Shown here piece after piece: positions 9,280 through 19,889 of a stretch of DNA of 64,000 nt (position 1 is its first letter; every line of letters starts with the position of its first letter). Location of the stretch: positions 1 through 64,000 of the IMG/VR virus record IMGVR_UViG_3300008110_000181; one strand, given 5' to 3'. The position numbers and the translations under genes are program-made. The notes under the pieces are model-generated. The model did not search any database, was not told where the DNA came from, and saw nothing but the letters and a program-made list of their open reading frames with translations. The DNA comes from a virus.

Positions 9280-10956
9280 TTATATTTCTGCCTTTTTAGT
9301 ATCTTTTTGAACCTGAGCATCAGTTACAGCACCTTGATCATCAGTATTTGGTTCCATAGGAACATCGCCTAAAGGACCAGTTGACCCTTCAGGTGGAAGT
9401 GGTTCACCAGTAATTGGGTCTACTGAATTTGGATCTGGAATTATACCCTCTGCAATTTCTTTTTCAATTTGTTCGTTCATTTCTACAATTTCTGCATCAG
9501 TTTGACGTAAGACTTTTCTTCTGACCCAATCTGTAGAATAATACTTACCAATGTATGGTTCGATAGTTGCTAAAGTTCCGAGTCTTTCATTTAAAAGTTC
9601 AGACTCTTTTAGCTCAGAGAACTGATTATCATATAAAAAGTCATATTGGATATGATCACTAATTTGTTCCCAATCTTCTGGACTGACAATGTTCTTGAGA
9701 ATCAATTGCGTTCTCAACATATCATTGAACATTTGAGCAAATCTTTTTCTTAAACGACCAACAAACTTAGCAAACTTAAGTTCGTCTCTTAAAATTTCTG
9801 AAGAACGACCTAAGTTAAAACCACCATCACTTGCAATTCTTGATTCAGGAACTCCCAATGCTCTATAAAGTTTCTTTTGGAAATATTCAATATCTGCAAG
9901 TTCACCAAGATTCTGCCCACCAGGAAGGGTTGTAATTTCTGTGCCACGACCACCTTCACGACGAGGAAGCCAAAAATCTTCCATCATACTCATAAATTTG
10001 CGATCATCACGAACTTCACCAGTATTTGCATCATAAACAAGTTTATTACGATAACGCATCATAACATCACGAAGATATTGTTCTGCCTTTACTTTAGGAA
10101 GATTACCAACATCGATGTAAAAAATTCTTCTTTCCGGTGCTCTTGATAATCTATAGATAACAAGACTATCTTCAATCATGCGAAGCTGATTAAGAGACTT
10201 GATTGCTTTATGGAGATATGATAAAACAGTACCTTTATTTCTATCTACTAACCCAGATGTACAATATGCAATGGAATCTTTGGCAATTTTAATAGAATTT
10301 TTTTGTCTATCCATACCAGAGGTTAAACTTCCGGCATATGCATTTGATGGAGTATACAGGAAATATTCTTCAATTTCTGGAGAAATATTTTGATACCCAT
10401 CATCAATATTAACGTTTCTTAACGACAATCTATCCTTTCCTTTCTTTTTTTCTTGCCTAATATATTTCATCTTCATTGGATCAATATACCTTAGATCCTG
10501 AATTCCTGCTTGAGGATTTTTTACGTCGATGATTTTTAAATAATATAACCTTCCATCTATATACCAATTTCTAAAAATTTCATGACACTTTCTATCGAAG
10601 TCCATGATTTCTTTGATATATCTAAATTCATTTCTAATAGATTTTTTTAATTTATCACTAGCATTTACATTTGTTAATTCAATTTCTACAGGAGAATCAT
10701 AAAGGTCACTAACCAATGCTTCATTTACAACATCTTCGATGGCATTATCACACTCTGGGTGCAATGCCATTTCTCTATATCTTTTAATTAAATCTTGCTC
10801 AGTTCTGTAAACACCTTCAATATCTACATAGGAACCATAAAATCCACTTGCAATATAATTATCAACCCCGTCATCGTTGTTAGGCGGGACGGGGGAAATT
10901 ATAGAAGTGGATTTGGTATTTTTATCTTCAATAGAAAAACCAAAAAGTTTTGCCAT
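9280..10956 (-). CDS. gp20: Portal vertex protein
   Basis: YRLSRAPERRIFYIDVGNLPK, EDFWLPRREGGRGTEITTLPGG. Confidence 0.98.
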   Translation of the reverse strand: MAKLFGFSIEDKNTKSTSIISPVPPNNDDGVDNYIASGFYGSYVDIEGVYRTEQDLIKRYREMALHPECDNAIEDVVNEALVSDLYDSPVEIELTNVNASDKLKKSIRNEFRYIKEIMDFDRKCHEIFRNWYIDGRLYYLKIIDVKNPQAGIQDLRYIDPMKMKYIRQEKKKGKDRLSLRNVNIDDGYQNISPEIEEYFLYTPSNAYAGSLTSGMDRQKNSIKIAKDSIAYCTSGLVDRNKGTVLSYLHKAIKSLNQLRMIEDSLVIYRLSRAPERRIFYIDVGNLPKVKAEQYLRDVMMRYRNKLVYDANTGEVRDDRKFMSMMEDFWLPRREGGRGTEITTLPGGQNLGELADIEYFQKKLYRALGVPESRIASDGGFNLGRSSEILRDELKFAKFVGRLRKRFAQMFNDMLRTQLILKNIVSPEDWEQISDHIQYDFLYDNQFSELKESELLNERLGTLATIEPYIGKYYSTDWVRRKVLRQTDAEIVEMNEQIEKEIAEGIIPDPNSVDPITGEPLPPEGSTGPLGDVPMEPNTDDQGAVTDAQVQKDTKKAEI

Positions 10957-10988
10957 ATTATAAAGTTTAAACTGCTATTATGTACTAT

Positions 10989-11582
10989 TTAGCTGATGTC
11001 TTCTCCACCAGCTTTAGCAGAATTTCCTCTGTATGCTTCCCACCAATGTACTTGTAGTTCTACAGTAAATTCTTCAATGGTATCACCAGTTTCATAACTT
11101 ACATCAATTGCAGAAATATTGGTTGGGAAAATATCCCAGAACTTATAAGATCTGAGAATTGACCCATCACGGTCTAGTTGATGAACTGTTGCATCTTTAT
11201 GGTATTCTGCAGGATTTGTCAATCCTGTTGCATTATCCATTTTATTAATTACATTCATCCACTTTTCAAAAGCAGAACGAATTGAGAAGTCTACATCATT
11301 AATTACTGTAATTGTCCAGGTATCAAATGTTCTATCTCCTGCAACTTTTAAAATACGACCTCTAAAAGGAACTTCAATTGGAGTAATATTTGATGCTGGC
11401 AAGGCAGCTGCTTTCACAAGAAATCTTGCCTTGTTCAAAATTTCATTATCAACATTTACATCAGTTGGAAATGCTAATTCAACTTCAAAAAGATTAGGTC
11501 TTGCACCACCACCAGCTAACTTCCCTTTGAAGTCAGTGATTTTTCTGAGTGGGATAGTATTTTGTTGTTGACGATTTGCCAT
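10989..11582 (-). CDS. gp19: Tail tube protein
   Basis: GGARPNLFEV, FRGRILKVAGDRTFDTWTITV. Confidence 0.96.
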   Translation of the reverse strand: MANRQQQNTIPLRKITDFKGKLAGGGARPNLFEVELAFPTDVNVDNEILNKARFLVKAAALPASNITPIEVPFRGRILKVAGDRTFDTWTITVINDVDFSIRSAFEKWMNVINKMDNATGLTNPAEYHKDATVHQLDRDGSILRSYKFWDIFPTNISAIDVSYETGDTIEEFTVELQVHWWEAYRGNSAKAGGEDIS

Positions 11583-11605
11583 TGTTCTTTAAACCTCTTA
11601 ATGAA

Positions 11606-13774
11606 TTAAACGTTACCAATTACTTCTTCAAATGCAACACCAGTTCTGGTGGCAACGAAGGTTAGACCAATAAAGTTGATTGATCTTGCTGGTTTAATAT
11701 AGATGTCAGCAACAAATTCATTATTATCAATTACAGAAGCAGTATTATTAGTTTCATCACAAATAACGACATAATCAGAAATACCTCGTTTTGATTGAAT
11801 ATCACGGAGGAATGGTTCAATAATATTTACGAAGTTTGTTCTTGTGATCTCATCATTAAATTCAAAGAGTTGATCTTTTGCTGCAGCAGAAATTGCATCT
11901 TCAAGATAGATGAACAGTCTGCGAACATTTACACGATCAAATGCAGATGCTTTAGCAAGTCCTGTTTTATCCCCAAATAATACGATACCAGAACCAGGTG
12001 AGAAGATTACAGGATTGACTCTATTGCTGTAGAGACGATCTCTTTGTGTCTTCGATGGATTATATGCAAGTTTAACTGCATTGAGAATTGTACCTCTGGT
12101 TGTTCCTGCTGGTGAGAACCATGGGAAATTATTAATGTCATTACGGGCACAAATGCCAGCAATATCTCCATTTAATGGTACATATCTAAATGTATTATTA
12201 AATCTGTCGTACATGTACTTATAACCACTATCAAAAATTGCATATGATGAAGATGTTAGTGGTGCATAGAAACCAACAACATTAGATGTGATTGTTTCAC
12301 TATTTTCAACGGTTACTGATCCAACTGCAGTATCGGTAATGAATGCTTTTCTATATGGTGAGATAAATGCAATAGAATCTTTTCTGATCTCAGCAACAGA
12401 GATTAATTTATTTGCAAGTGCTTGTGCAGATTCTTTTTCAAGGTTAGCGGAACCCATGATAAGAAAATCAACTTCATATTGCTCTTGATTTTCTAAGATA
12501 CCATATCCATTTACAATATTGCTTAGACCAGCTGTGAGTGATCCAGTATTTGTAACACCATTTAGACCACCGTAATCTCTACCACCTGCTAATTTTGAAT
12601 TAAATGCACCAATAGATGAGAATAATTTTCCTTCCGTGGTTTGATCCCAGGCACCATTAGTAGCAAGAGTAAATCCACTGCTATAACCGGTTGTCACAAC
12701 TCCAGTTGGTTGTGATCCACCATAAACATATAGAGAATTCTCAGAAAGATATTTTCTCCAATATGAAGTGGATCCAGCAGAAAATTCTGCATCTTTTGCT
12801 TTAGAAAGACCTAAATGCTTCTCTAAAATTGTACCAGCATTTCCAGTGATACTTCCATCTCCATCAATTACTACAACATGTAACTCATCAAATCTAGAAG
12901 CTCTAGCATCGGCATAAGTGGTTGTTGTTGGTTTATCGGCAATGGTTGACCACTTTATTGAAACCTCTGTAGTTGCAGTACCAACTACGGCAGTGCTTAC
13001 CACAAGATTTTGTTGCTCAAACCAATCTTGAATTGTTGATGGTGTTAGTGATGTAAAAGATGTTGTGGTTCCAACCGTATGAATGCCAATATCACCAGAT
13101 CCGAATGCCCAAACACCTGCTTGCTGATAATCAACGGCAACTTCAGTTCCTGCTGCAGAAACATGACTTAATACTTTTACTTCAATGCTAGCAGCACCTA
13201 TATTAGTAATTATACCTTTTAAGTGACCATTTAATGCAGTAGTTGTTCCAGAACCAATATTAACTTTGCCTAAAACAGATTGTGTAACACCCATACCAAT
13301 CGAAAGACCAGATGTGGTTACACCTAAGATTTGATCTGCCTCAGAGTCAATAATTCCGATTCTTAGACCGTTTGCCCATGAACCTGGTGTTCTTGCAGTA
13401 ACAACTACACCATTAATTGTGGTTTCATCATAACCAAGTTGCTGATAGTGCTCACTACTTTTAATCTTTGTAGTTCCACCTACACCAGCATTTGCAAATC
13501 CATTGTCATCTGCTCTAATGACTTGTAATGCTCCACCATAAGCTAAGTATGATGATGCACACAGCCAGGTCTCATACTGCTTATCTGTTGAGTATGGTTT
13601 TCCAAAAAGTTCTATTAAATCCTTTTCACTCTGAACTAATGTTGGTAACTCGACTGGTCCTCTTTCAAAAGGACCAACAATTGCCCCTACTTTATCTGAG
13701 GTTGGGTCAATTCTACCAACTGTTAGATCAACTTCTCTTACTAAAGTTCCAGGAGATGCTAAATTTAGTGGCAT
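11606..13774 (-). CDS. gp18: Tail sheath protein
   Basis: ASPG N-terminus, PWFSPAG, FDRVNVRRLF, KPARSINFI. Confidence 0.97.
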   Translation of the reverse strand: MPLNLASPGTLVREVDLTVGRIDPTSDKVGAIVGPFERGPVELPTLVQSEKDLIELFGKPYSTDKQYETWLCASSYLAYGGALQVIRADDNGFANAGVGGTTKIKSSEHYQQLGYDETTINGVVVTARTPGSWANGLRIGIIDSEADQILGVTTSGLSIGMGVTQSVLGKVNIGSGTTTALNGHLKGIITNIGAASIEVKVLSHVSAAGTEVAVDYQQAGVWAFGSGDIGIHTVGTTTSFTSLTPSTIQDWFEQQNLVVSTAVVGTATTEVSIKWSTIADKPTTTTYADARASRFDELHVVVIDGDGSITGNAGTILEKHLGLSKAKDAEFSAGSTSYWRKYLSENSLYVYGGSQPTGVVTTGYSSGFTLATNGAWDQTTEGKLFSSIGAFNSKLAGGRDYGGLNGVTNTGSLTAGLSNIVNGYGILENQEQYEVDFLIMGSANLEKESAQALANKLISVAEIRKDSIAFISPYRKAFITDTAVGSVTVENSETITSNVVGFYAPLTSSSYAIFDSGYKYMYDRFNNTFRYVPLNGDIAGICARNDINNFPWFSPAGTTRGTILNAVKLAYNPSKTQRDRLYSNRVNPVIFSPGSGIVLFGDKTGLAKASAFDRVNVRRLFIYLEDAISAAAKDQLFEFNDEITRTNFVNIIEPFLRDIQSKRGISDYVVICDETNNTASVIDNNEFVADIYIKPARSINFIGLTFVATRTGVAFEEVIGNV

Positions 13775-13859
13775 CTTAATTCCCCTCGCGATCCAAATTT
13801 ATCTACAAATATTTATGAAAAGGTATACTTTCAGGTGGGAAACGATGCGTGAACACTAA

Positions 13860-14105
13860 TTACCAATCAGGATAATCCCACAAAACCATATTATCTTTTA
13901 TTTTTCTTTTTTTCTGCACTCTACCAATTGTGCATTGCTTACATTCATATGAATATGAGGATGCTATTGTATTTTTATTTTTTCGAGTTAAATAAAAATC
14001 ATTCATTAAACTTTTTATCTTCCCACACTTTTTACACTTTCTATCAAAAAATAATAAATGTTCAAATTCTATCTGATCATCTAAATCCATTAAACATAAT
14101 CCCAC
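13860..14105 (-). CDS. Small CxxC...CxxC zinc-binding hypothetical protein
   Basis: CKKCG...CKQC; between gp17 and gp18. Confidence 0.65.
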   Translation of the reverse strand: MGLCLMDLDDQIEFEHLLFFDRKCKKCGKIKSLMNDFYLTRKNKNTIASSYSYECKQCTIGRVQKKRKIKDNMVLWDYPDW

Positions 14106-15733
14106 ATGTAGGATCGATCACCATATTCATCTGTATACCATCTGTCACCATCAGCATCTACAAAACTGTCCTCATCCAATCCATCAAGAATAAATCCAAA
14201 CGGTGCCATATCTTGCTCAATTTGATTTTTTTGTTCTTCATAGATTCTTTTACGAACATCATTATCTGTCATCTCTTTAAAATAGTCCTGAGCAACTAAC
14301 CAAGAGAAAATAACAAGACACATTGCTAAGTCATCATTACAGCCTTCTTCTGCTTCAAAGGAATTGTGCTTTTGTGCAAATGTCGTTAATTCAGAAATAA
14401 TATCATAATCAACAGTCAGTAACTTATCATCTTCTAACAACGTCTTTAAATTAGAACATCCCAACTTCTTAACTGCGGCAGTCATCCTCACACCCAATTG
14501 AGACTTCTTACCACTAAATCCAGAACCTACAATCTGACCAGCACGACCACGCATGGCACACATCAAAACATTGTCATATTCTAGATCAAAATGTAAAATA
14601 CTTGCGACTTGATCTCCAATATCATTGACTTCAATTAATAACCAAGCATCATTATACCCCTTAGCAACTTCATGAATGATATTGGGGAAGAGCATTGGTT
14701 TTATTTCGTTGTTTTTATATTTTGCAACAACTTTATATGGAAACTCTGTAATGTCAAAAACAATAAATGCCGAATAGTCATTACCAAGACCTCGGGCAAC
14801 GTCTACAGTAATCAAATAATTATTTTCTTCTTTGGGTTCTTGATATATGTCTAAACCAGCATTTCTTTTGATTGGATCTTCGTAGACAAGATTTCTTAAC
14901 TTTGATGCATTAATTAAAGTATTGACAGATCCTAAAAATTCACATTCAAACTCAACCTTAAACTGTTGCTCAGAAGTGTTTGCAATAGTCTGTTGCTTCC
15001 ATCCTTCGTCTCTACCAGGCACTTCCGACCAATGAACGTCTGTGGGTACATATTCGTTCTTGCCCCGTTCAGAGTCATGCCACATGCGGTAGAAGTGATT
15101 CATACCACGGGGAGTAGAAACTATGATGACCTTCGTGCTTTGTCCAGAAGAAATAGTAGGATAAACAGAGGCAAAGAAGTCATCAGCAATGTGATTCGGG
15201 ATGAAAGCGAATTCGTCAAGAAAGATGACATTATAGGATCCGCCTCGGACAGCAGATGACGAAGTAGAGTTAGATGAAATTTTGGAGCCATTTTCTAGTT
15301 CTAATGATCCTTTATTCCAAGATATAATACCTTGTTGCATCCACTTTGGTAGATTTTCATAAGCAAGTTGTAATCTTCCAAGTAAGTCTCTTGCAGTAGA
15401 TGCTTTGTTTGCTAATATAGCTATATTAACATTATCGTTAAAAACAGCATAATGCAACAGATATGAAACAACAGTTGTAGATTTACCTGTCTGACGAGGC
15501 ATTTTACAAATGTTGAATCTATTGTCATGGAAATTTTGAATTAACCTTTCTTGGAAAGGATACATCTTGAATGGAACAAGTCCGTGATCCAGAGACACAA
15601 TCTTAATATAATTCCTAGCAAAATATACAGGATCTTCTTTACACTTTAAGAACTCAATAATTTGGTCCTGCGTAAATTCAATTGCTGTATTTGCTTTTTT
15701 TAGATTAGGATTACCAAGATAAACTTCACTCAT
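14090..15733 (-). CDS. gp17: Terminase large subunit
   Basis: PRQTGKST, IFLDEFAF, DVARG, DDLAM. Confidence 0.97.
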   Translation of the reverse strand: MSEVYLGNPNLKKANTAIEFTQDQIIEFLKCKEDPVYFARNYIKIVSLDHGLVPFKMYPFQERLIQNFHDNRFNICKMPRQTGKSTTVVSYLLHYAVFNDNVNIAILANKASTARDLLGRLQLAYENLPKWMQQGIISWNKGSLELENGSKISSNSTSSSAVRGGSYNVIFLDEFAFIPNHIADDFFASVYPTISSGQSTKVIIVSTPRGMNHFYRMWHDSERGKNEYVPTDVHWSEVPGRDEGWKQQTIANTSEQQFKVEFECEFLGSVNTLINASKLRNLVYEDPIKRNAGLDIYQEPKEENNYLITVDVARGLGNDYSAFIVFDITEFPYKVVAKYKNNEIKPMLFPNIIHEVAKGYNDAWLLIEVNDIGDQVASILHFDLEYDNVLMCAMRGRAGQIVGSGFSGKKSQLGVRMTAAVKKLGCSNLKTLLEDDKLLTVDYDIISELTTFAQKHNSFEAEEGCNDDLAMCLVIFSWLVAQDYFKEMTDNDVRKRIYEEQKNQIEQDMAPFGFILDGLDEDSFVDADGDRWYTDEYGDRSYMWDYV

Positions 15734-15739
15734 AAAAAA

Positions 15740-16740
15740 TTACCTCTGTTCAATCCAGTTCAGAACTGCAAGTGCTTTCTTATTGGTACTAGGACTTGCA
15801 CAAGCAAGAGTATAAGTATCACTGATTGTTCCAATACCACTTCTACCCAACTGAAGTGCTGCTTTATCATCAAGATCAACTAATGTACCATTACCATTAA
15901 TTACAAAACCACTCAAAAGAGTATTTCCACCAGTCGTTGCAGTTTCAGTAATATTGTATTGCATAAAGGAGTTTGGATCTGGATGATCTACCCAAGTTCC
16001 GCCTGTATTTGTTGCATTTTCAATAAGTTCCCAATAGACATTTGCATTATCATCCGTTGCTGCTTGTAATGATCTCAAAAGCATCACCGCACCTAGATTA
16101 CTAGATTTTAGACGAAGACTTATAATTGGATAGAATGTATTTGCAAGAGGCATCGTTGTCCCTGTGATGGGATTTGATATACTCTCAAGAGCTCCAAGTT
16201 TTTCTGGTTCTCCTTCTTGAATGAGAGAATTAGAACCCTGATACAGATAATGAGTTCCTGCAACACCAGTTACATTTTCTATCTCAAGTCTAATTGGTAA
16301 GAATGGAGTAGAACACCACACTCCTGGATTTGTATTTGAGTTCTCAAAAGTATGGGATACAACAGTCTCATTCTTCATCAACCAAGCAAATTCTACAATG
16401 CCAGCACCATACCAGGAATGTATCTCATCACATTCTTGGTTTGGCGAATGATTTTGCTTCCTGTAGTGGAACCAACTTGCATGATTACATTACTGGCATT
16501 TACATTAAATGTTGCGGTTGCAATTCCAACTATTCTTTCATCCCATACATCAGTCTCTTTACCATACTGAAAGGTGTTAAAGAATACTGTTTGATACGGA
16601 GCAACTTTGAGACGATTGTTATTGGTGAATTGAGGTCTCCAGTCAGTCTGGTTTCCCCAGTGATCTGCGATATTATAAACCTCAAATAGACTTCTCTCCT
16701 GATCTAGAAAGTCTTGTGTTTTCTTATTCCACTGTGCCAT
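15740..16740 (-). pseudogene. Virion-associated beta-rich protein split by an internal deletion and frameshift near 16410
   Basis: 16393..16740 ends RYIPG|MVLAL*; the overlapping frame WYGAGIVEFAWLMKNE runs into 15740..16381; TGGTA is shared at the junction. Confidence 0.7.
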
Positions 16741-16742
16741 AA

Positions 16743-17057
16743 TTAATCAGTCCAAGTTAGTCTTTCTGGTTGATATCTTTGTGAATTTTTGATTCTTAAA
16801 GAACTTTGAGATTGTGATGGATAGATGTTATGAACAATCGCACCAGGATATTCTCCTTGAAGTTGTTCTGCAAGAGCGTTCTTATCCATCATAGAACCTT
16901 CAACTTCCATACGATATAGTTTTCCTTCCCAAACTACATCAGCAAGGAAAGATTCTGTTGCTTGCTCTGGTTGAGATCCACCACTCATATAGAGATTTCC
17001 ATTGAAATCTCCGGCGATATTGATGCTTTCTGATAAGAATTGTTGAAAAGATTTCAT
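16743..17057 (-). CDS. Putative internal head protein with a capsid-targeting-like N-terminus
   Basis: MKSFQQFLSE resembles the T4 internal-protein capsid targeting sequence (MKTYQEFIAE type). Confidence 0.6.
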   Translation of the reverse strand: MKSFQQFLSESINIAGDFNGNLYMSGGSQPEQATESFLADVVWEGKLYRMEVEGSMMDKNALAEQLQGEYPGAIVHNIYPSQSQSSLRIKNSQRYQPERLTWTD

Positions 17058-17058
17058 T

Positions 17059-18597
17059 TTAGTTGCAGTTCCAACGACGGAGGGCTTTGTTGATTCTTGA
17101 ATCTGGGTCTCTTGCAGTTTTTGCAGAAGTCAGTTTAGACTTCATACCAGACATACGTGAACAGAATGATTTGCGTCTTGAGGCTCTTTTTCCAGTTGGA
17201 TTTTTTTCAGTTACAGCAGTCTTAAGTTTAGAACCTGGATTCTCACGACGATAAGCATTGACTGCCTTTTGACTTAATCCATCAGTTTTATCTTGGCGAT
17301 TGACTTTTTGCCAATCTTCACCAAGTTCTTGTCTCCAATCTGAATACTGCTCTGGAACACAATTGGGAACTAGTTTTTTGCCTTTCTTTTTTAGACCAAC
17401 TTGATTATATCCTGTCCAACATGCTTCATCAACTTTACCTTGTCCACTATCAAGATAATCTGCCGCAGTATCAATATAATCTGCTGCTTTTGTAATTTTT
17501 GATTGTACCCATGCTTCAAGACCACCTTCACCTTTACCCATTTTCTTCTTCAATCTTTTTGCAGCAGAAATAATCGTTGAGAGTTCCGAACGAGCCATTG
17601 AATACTCGTGATCCTTTTCTTCATTTGCTGGATGAACCTGAGCAACACTGAACTTCATTTGATTATCAGTTAAACCTTGTGCTGGTTGTGAGTATGCTTC
17701 CCAAAACTTAGGACCGTACTTACATTCTGACTGAGTTTCATTCTTCTCACATGCTGGGCAATATCGAATCATGTCCACCGATTCTGATTTATTTCCCCAA
17801 TTAGCAGCACCAACTTTACGACACTTGACAAGTGCTCCTGATGCATATGCACTTGGCCAAACACTATATCTTGATTTTACTTTATTATAACAGGCATCTT
17901 TTTTTGCTTTTTTCTCTGCTTCTTGTAGATCAATTTCTTCTTTCATCTTCTTTTTTGGTTTATCTGTTGAAACATAAGTTGGTTTTGCAGCACCAGATTT
18001 TTGTTGCTGGCCAGGATCTGCTGCTTTTTTTCTTCTTGCTGCTGAAAGTCTTTCTGCCTTTGTCATGCTTGCTCTTTTTGCAGAAGACACGCATTTTGGA
18101 GTTCCTTCTCCTGGTTCATCACTTGCACATGTTCCACCAGTTACGACATTGACCCAACCAGGTTTTCCATCCTTTGATTTGGATTTTCCAAACCAATCAC
18201 GAAGACCCTCTTCATTCATAGTTTCTTCATATGCCATACCTCTTCTGGTATGCTTTAATTCACCTTTTTGTTTTGCCATTAGTTCTTTGGAATATTTTTG
18301 TGCTTTTACTGCACTTGAAACATTCTCATCTGGAGTTTTTTTCTTTGGATTGTCATATACATCAACATCTCCATCAGCATCTCTATCAACATATTGAACG
18401 GTTGAATGATGTACAAGATGCTTGAGTTGAAGATTAGGATCTAATTGATGCTGTGATTTTTTTAAATGGGGTGTTTTATGGGTAAAAACAGCCTCATCAA
18501 CTTTTTTGAGTTTACGTCCCTGACAATGGGCACGTTGACTAAATCCTTTTGGATTATCACAATCAATTGATTTTTTATATTTTTCGGACCAACCCAT
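17059..18597 (-). CDS. Modular basic protein (C-terminal DUF6321-like module); putative protease-processed internal polyprotein
   Basis: Lys/Arg/Cys-rich modules separated by hydrophobic-X-E linkers; ends SFCSRMSGMK...DSRINKALRRWNC. Confidence 0.7.
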   Translation of the reverse strand: MGWSEKYKKSIDCDNPKGFSQRAHCQGRKLKKVDEAVFTHKTPHLKKSQHQLDPNLQLKHLVHHSTVQYVDRDADGDVDVYDNPKKKTPDENVSSAVKAQKYSKELMAKQKGELKHTRRGMAYEETMNEEGLRDWFGKSKSKDGKPGWVNVVTGGTCASDEPGEGTPKCVSSAKRASMTKAERLSAARRKKAADPGQQQKSGAAKPTYVSTDKPKKKMKEEIDLQEAEKKAKKDACYNKVKSRYSVWPSAYASGALVKCRKVGAANWGNKSESVDMIRYCPACEKNETQSECKYGPKFWEAYSQPAQGLTDNQMKFSVAQVHPANEEKDHEYSMARSELSTIISAAKRLKKKMGKGEGGLEAWVQSKITKAADYIDTAADYLDSGQGKVDEACWTGYNQVGLKKKGKKLVPNCVPEQYSDWRQELGEDWQKVNRQDKTDGLSQKAVNAYRRENPGSKLKTAVTEKNPTGKRASRRKSFCSRMSGMKSKLTSAKTARDPDSRINKALRRWNCN

Positions 18598-18603
18598 TAG
18601 AAA

Positions 18604-19035
18604 CTAAGACTCTTCTTTATTATTTAGGAAACCCTGTTTCAACAATTTTGATAGTTCTGCTGTTGAACCTACGAATAAAGCATTATTAGTGACATTATTT
18701 GTAGTTTTTGGTGAGTCTTCTTCAACATCTTTTAATTTCTTCTGAAGATCAATTAACTTATCGGTCGTATCAGCAACACTTTTGATCAATTGACCTGCAA
18801 CTTCATAGGCTCTTGGACTTCCCCCTTCACCGGCAAGTTCCATGATACCATTAATTGCCTCTTGCCCTTTTTCAATTAATGAATATAAATTTGCACGAGT
18901 ATATTCGTAATCTTTTTGGATATCATCATTTTTTATATTTAAAATTGGTTTATTTATCTCTGAAGGTGCTTTTTCAACTTCTATGATAGAACTTTCAATA
19001 TTCAATGCTTTATCCAAATCTTCATAATTTGCCAT
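18604..19035 (-). CDS. gp16: Terminase small subunit
   Basis: DYEYTRANLY, PRAYEVAGQLIK, FVGSTAEL. Confidence 0.9.
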   Translation of the reverse strand: MANYEDLDKALNIESSIIEVEKAPSEINKPILNIKNDDIQKDYEYTRANLYSLIEKGQEAINGIMELAGEGGSPRAYEVAGQLIKSVADTTDKLIDLQKKLKDVEEDSPKTTNNVTNNALFVGSTAELSKLLKQGFLNNKEES

Positions 19036-19040
19036 AATTT

Positions 19041-19889
19041 TTAATAATCAGTTTGTCTTGGTTGACTATATGTTTTAGTATCCAATAAATCTTGCCACGA
19101 CTCATTAAAACCAAAATCATCATCTGCTTCTACGAATGGATCATCCGATGATGTGATTGCACCATCGTTGTTATAATCCTGTTTTGCTTTTGGTGTAGCA
19201 ACATATCTTACTTCTCTCGTTGCAGTTGCTATATTAGTGCTGGTTGCCATGTCAACCTGAACTTTTTTAATCAGTCCATCAGTATTGTCTGCTATTGCAC
19301 CGAAGAGATATGTTTTTACTGTAAATTGTAATGTGTATATCAATGCTCTTCTGGTTGAAAAATCACCCTCATAATCATCTTGAAAACTGATACTATCTAA
19401 AACTACGGGTATATCTCTTTTTTCACCAATAGAATCCACAAGATCTAATGTAATTGTAAATGATGGTTGAAAATATGGTAATATTTGTTCTACTATTTGC
19501 AAGGCATCATCATTTAATTTTGAAAGAATATTAAGTTCAAAACCAATGTTATATGGCACTGGCATAAAAACTTTTTTCACTTTATTATTGCTTTCATCAA
19601 CTGCTTTAAAAGTTTGTGTTACTGTAGTTTTTCTTGTAGGATCATATGAAATACTATTATGCTCAAATGACATTCTAGGCAATGTGATTTGATATGGTCG
19701 GTTCAAATCTTTTTGTTCTGTAATTCTTGCTAGAAATTTTTGAGCTGGTCCATAATTCAGAGGAACTCTAAGAACACTTAGAACATCAGAATTTTCATCT
19801 TTATGTTTGATATGAATATCATTAAATAAAGTACCAAAACCAATAATGGTTTTTCTAATAATTTCGTGATAGTAATAATTTCCAAGCAT
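19041..19889 (-). CDS. gp15: Tail sheath stabiliser / completion protein
   Basis: FGTLFNDI, LPRMSFE, QIVEQILPYFQP. Confidence 0.95.
   Translation of the reverse strand: MLGNYYYHEIIRKTIIGFGTLFNDIHIKHKDENSDVLSVLRVPLNYGPAQKFLARITEQKDLNRPYQITLPRMSFEHNSISYDPTRKTTVTQTFKAVDESNNKVKKVFMPVPYNIGFELNILSKLNDDALQIVEQILPYFQPSFTITLDLVDSIGEKRDIPVVLDSISFQDDYEGDFSTRRALIYTLQFTVKTYLFGAIADNTDGLIKKVQVDMATSTNIATATREVRYVATPKAKQDYNNDGAITSSDDPFVEADDDFGFNESWQDLLDTKTYSQPRQTDY

Noticed and set aside
13860-14105. Possible homing endonuclease between gp17 and gp18
   Set aside because: Only a short CxxC/CxxC segment; no HNH, GIY-YIG or endonuclease VII catalytic motif.
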